NCBI GenBank assembly: GCA_950097015.1
Contig: CATNEN010000037.1
Coordinates: 868,001-932,000 of the forward strand
Source: Macrostomum hystrix
Taxonomy: Eukaryota; Animalia; Platyhelminthes
DNA: 64,000 nucleotides
Direction of reading: 5' to 3'
In this document: one piece after another, positions 60,501-64,000 of the stretch
Layout: each line of letters begins with the position of its first letter
Position numbering within the stretch: the stretch's first letter is position 1
The notes under the pieces: model-generated
The model's input: only the letters and a program-made list of their open reading frames with translations
What the model was told of the DNA's origin: nothing
Database searches by the model: none
Translations under genes and position numbers: made by a program

Positions 60501-62528
60501 ATGATTTGGCTTTGTGCAAGGGCATCAGCACTTTAACTAAGAACTGCTTGTGTTCTGCTTTCAGTGGCAGAGCAAAACCGTTGATGATGCTGCCCAGAAT
60601 CTCGAGCAGTTCGCCCACACCGTTGAACTGCTCAGTCTCGTAGATGAAGCGCAGAAAGATATTATTAATCTGTTTGCGTATGAAAGCCCGAAGGCCGAGA
60701 AATTTTCCGTAGATGCGGTGAAGCACCGTCTTCAAGAAGTCGCGCTCTCTCGGATCTTCGCTGTCGAATAACTCCAGGAGCTGGAGACAACAAGGTCATG
60801 GAGTCAAAAGCTCCATATTAACACAAGGAACTGGTAGCTCACTGAAGGAACTGGTAGCTCACTGAAGGAACTGGTAGCTCACTGAATGTAACTGGTAGCT
60901 CACTGAAGGAACTGGTAGCTCACTGAATGTAACTGGTAGCTCACTGAAGGAACTGGTATCTCACTGAAGGAACTGGTAGCTCACTGAAGGAACTGGTAGC
61001 TCACTGAAGGAACTGGTAGCTCACTGAAGGAACTGGTATCTCACTGAAGGAACTGGTAGCTCACTGAAGGAACTGGTAGCTCACTGAAGGAACTGGTAGC
61101 TCACTGAAGGAACTGGTATCTCACTGAAGGAACTGGTAGCTCACTGAAGGAACTGGTAGCTCACTGAAGGAACTGGTAGCTCACTGAAGGAACTGGTAGC
61201 TCACTGAAGGAACTGGTAGCTCACTGAAGGAACTGGTAGCTCACTGAAGGAACTGGTAGCTCACTGAAGGAACTGGTATCTCACTGAAGGAACTGGTAGC
61301 ACACTGAAGGAACTGGTAGCTCACTGAAGGAACTGGTAGCTCACTGAAGGAACTGGTAGCTCATTGAAGGAACTGGTAGCACACTGAAGGAACTGGTAGC
61401 TCACTGAAGGAACTGGTAGCTCACTGAAGGAACTGGTAGCTCATTGAAGGAACTGGTAGCTCACTGAAGGAACTGGTAGCTTACTGAAGGAACTGGTAGC
61501 TTACTGAAGGAACTGGTATCTCACTGAAGGAACTGGTAGCACACTGAAGGAACTGGTAGCTCACTGAAGGAACTGGTAGCTCACTGAAGGAACTGGTAGC
61601 TCACTGAAGGAACTGGTATCTCACTGAAGGAACTGGTAGCTCACTGAAGGAACTGGTAGCTCACTGAAGGAACTGGTAGCTCACTGAAGGAACTGGTATC
61701 TCACTGAAGGAACTGGTAGCTCACTGAAGGAACTGGTAGCACACTGAAGGAACTGATAGCTCACTGAAGGAACTGGTAGCTTACTGAAGGAACTGGTATC
61801 TCACTGAAGGAACTGGTAGCACACTGAAGGAACTGGTAGCTTACTGAAGGAACTGGTATCTCACTGAAGGAACTGGTAGCTTACTGAAGGAACTGGTAGC
61901 TTACTGAAGGAACTGGTAGCTTACTGAAGGAACTGGTAGCTTACTGAAGGAACTGGTAGCTTACTGAAGGAACTGGTAGCTTACTGAAGGAACTGGTATC
62001 TCACTGAAGGAACTGGTATCTCACTGAAGAAACTGGTAGCTCACTGAAGGAACTGGTAGCTCACTGAAGGAACTGGTAGCTCACTGAAGGAACTGGTATC
62101 TCACTGAAGGAACTGGCAGCTCACTGAAGGAACTGGCAGCTCACTGAAGGAACTGTTATCTTACTGAAGGAACTAGAATCTCATTAAAGGAACTGTACAG
62201 CCGTCAACTGGGCAAATTAAAGCAAAAATGTTTGGTTCTCACCTGCAGTACAAATCGTTGATCAAGGTACTTTTTAGCCACAGATGGCTGAAAGTCGGGC
62301 GATTCCAACACGCGAAGAAAGAACTCGTACACAAACTGTTAAACAGATCAATGCGATATAGCTGCGTCTATAAACAGTGTAAAATGTATTGGAATATTTC
62401 TATTGCTGTTCAATGGAAAACACAACCTGCAGATGTGGCCAGGAGGCTTCAAGAGTCGGGTCGTCCTCTTCCGGGTCGAAGTCGGCGTTGTCGGACAGCG
62501 GCAGCGTACGGAAAATATTACAGGCAAT
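57525..62528 (-). CDS. PPP2R5: PP2A regulatory subunit B' (B56), alpha/epsilon/widerborst-like; 5'-partial (upstream exons beyond the window end)
   Basis: Exons 62528-62427 ([28 protein letters not shown]), 62335-62243 ([12 protein letters not shown]), 60780-60256 ([42 protein letters not shown]), 59116-58887 ([13 protein letters not shown]..), 57591-57525 ([21 protein letters not shown]). Phases are consistent. Confidence 0.95.
57685..58742. repeat. 19-bp-based purine-rich minisatellite (GGTGGAGACAGAAGGGACA), intronic
   Basis: B56 intron 57592-58886. Confidence 0.92.
59270..60195. repeat. 23-bp minisatellite (CTAGGGAAACTAACAGCCTCCAT) x~40, intronic
   Basis: B56 intron 59117-60255; homogeneous at one end and degenerate at the other. 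Confidence 0.92.
60826..62195. repeat. 20-bp minisatellite (GAAGGAACTGGTAGCTCACT) x~68, intronic
   Basis: B56 intron 60781-62242. Confidence 0.95.
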
Positions 62529-62654
62529 CTGCTCGCAGTGGAGATGAGAAAATAAAAAGCTTGTGACATGACCTTTGCTGTTAACTAGAGCTACATTTTA
62601 GGAGAAATATATACTCTGCAGAACCATTGCAAAACAGACTGTGGATATAATGGG

Positions 62655-64000
62655 GGATCTGGCAGTAGGATAGCTACCTAACCTGAGGATCTGGCAGTAG
62701 GATAGCTACCTAACCTGAGGATCTGGCAGTAGGATAGCTACCTAACCTGAGGATCTGGCAGTAGGATAGCTACCTAACCTGAGGATCTGGCAGTAGGATA
62801 GCTACCTAACCTGAGGATCTGGCAGTAGGATAGCTACCTAACCTGAGGATCTGGCAGTAGGATAGCTACCTAACCTGAGGATCTGGCAGTAGGATAGCTA
62901 CCTAACCTGAGGATCTGGCAGTAGGATAGCTACCTAACCTGAGGATCTGGCAGTAGGATAGCTACCTAACCTGAGGATCTGGCAGTAGGATAGCTACCTA
63001 ACCTGAGGATCTGGCAGTAGGATAGCTACCTAACCTGAGGATCTGGCAGTAGGATAGCTACCTAACCTGAGGATCTGGCAGTAGGATAGCTACCTAACCT
63101 GAGGATCTGGCAGTAGGATAGCTACCTAACCTGAGGATCTGGCAGTAGGATAGCTACCTAACCTGAGGATCTGGCAGTAGGATAGCTACCTAACCTGAGG
63201 ATCTGGCAGTAGGATAGCTACCTAACCTGAGGATCTGGCAGTAGGATAGCTACCTAACCTGAGGATCTGGCAGTAGGATAGCTACCTAACCTGAGGATCT
63301 GGCAGTAGGATAGCTACCTAACCTGAGGATCTGGCAGTAGGATAGCTACCTAACCTGAGGATCTGGCAGTAGGATAGCTACCTAACCTGAGGATCTGGCA
63401 GTAGGATAGCTACCTAACCTGAGGATCTGGCAGTAGGATAGCTACCTAACCTGAGGATCTGGCAGTAGGATAGCTACCTAACCTGAGGATCTGGCAGTAG
63501 GATAGCTACCTAACCTGAGGATCTGGCAGTAGGATAGCTACCTAACTATAGGATCTGGCAGTAGGATAGCTACCTAACTATAGGATCTGGCAGTAGGATA
63601 GCTACTTAACTATAGGATCTGGCAGTAGGATAGCTACCTAACTAGAGGATCTGGCAGTAGGATAGCTACCTAACCTGAGGATCTGGCAGTAGGATAGCTA
63701 CCTAACCTGAGGATCTGGCAGTAGGATAGCTACCTAACCTGAGGATCTGGCAGTAGGATAGCTACCTAACTATAGGATCTGGCAGTAGGATAGCTACCTA
63801 ACTATAGGATCTGGCAGTAGGATAGCTACTTAACTATAGGATCTGGCAGTAGGATAGCTACCTAACTAGAGGATCTGGCAGTAGGATAGCTACCTAACCT
63901 GAGGATCTGGCAGTAGGATAGCTACCTAACCTGAGGATCTGGCAGTAGGATAGCTACCTAACCTGAGGATCTGGCAGTAGGATAGCTACCTAACCTGAGG
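62655..64000. repeat. 32-bp minisatellite (GGATCTGGCAGTAGGATAGCTACCTAACCTGA) x~42, intronic, runs off the window
   Basis: Intron upstream of B56 exon 62528-62427. Confidence 0.95.

Overview
Eukaryotic (metazoan) genomic DNA with GC-rich exons and introns dominated by tandem repeats. The architecture is reminiscent of a free-living flatworm such as Macrostomum; this is an inference and was not checked. Genes were reconstructed by hand from splice sites and reading phase. (1) A head-to-head pair of type IV collagen genes: a minus-strand chain with 12 exons visible that runs off the left edge, and a complete 23-exon, ~1761-aa alpha2-like chain with an NC1 domain. (2) A TFCP2/LSF transcription factor containing a GC-AG intron. 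(3) A small unannotated 2-exon gene (MGLCHC..., 120 aa). (4) MRPS5. (5) Candidate exons of an unknown plus-strand gene. (6) The 3' part of a PP2A B56 (PPP2R5) gene. There are also two tRNA-derived SINE families, a Merlin transposase relic and about 32 unrelated minisatellite arrays (~24 kb, roughly 38% of the window). Main observation: essentially every long intron carries its own private minisatellite, and several repeat units copy the neighbouring splice junction. The collagen IV chains are also unusual: Lys-rich and Pro-poor, packed with N-glycosylation sequons, and the visible NC1 lacks the sulfilimine Met93/Lys211 pair. Exon coordinates are manual readings and need RNA-seq confirmation.
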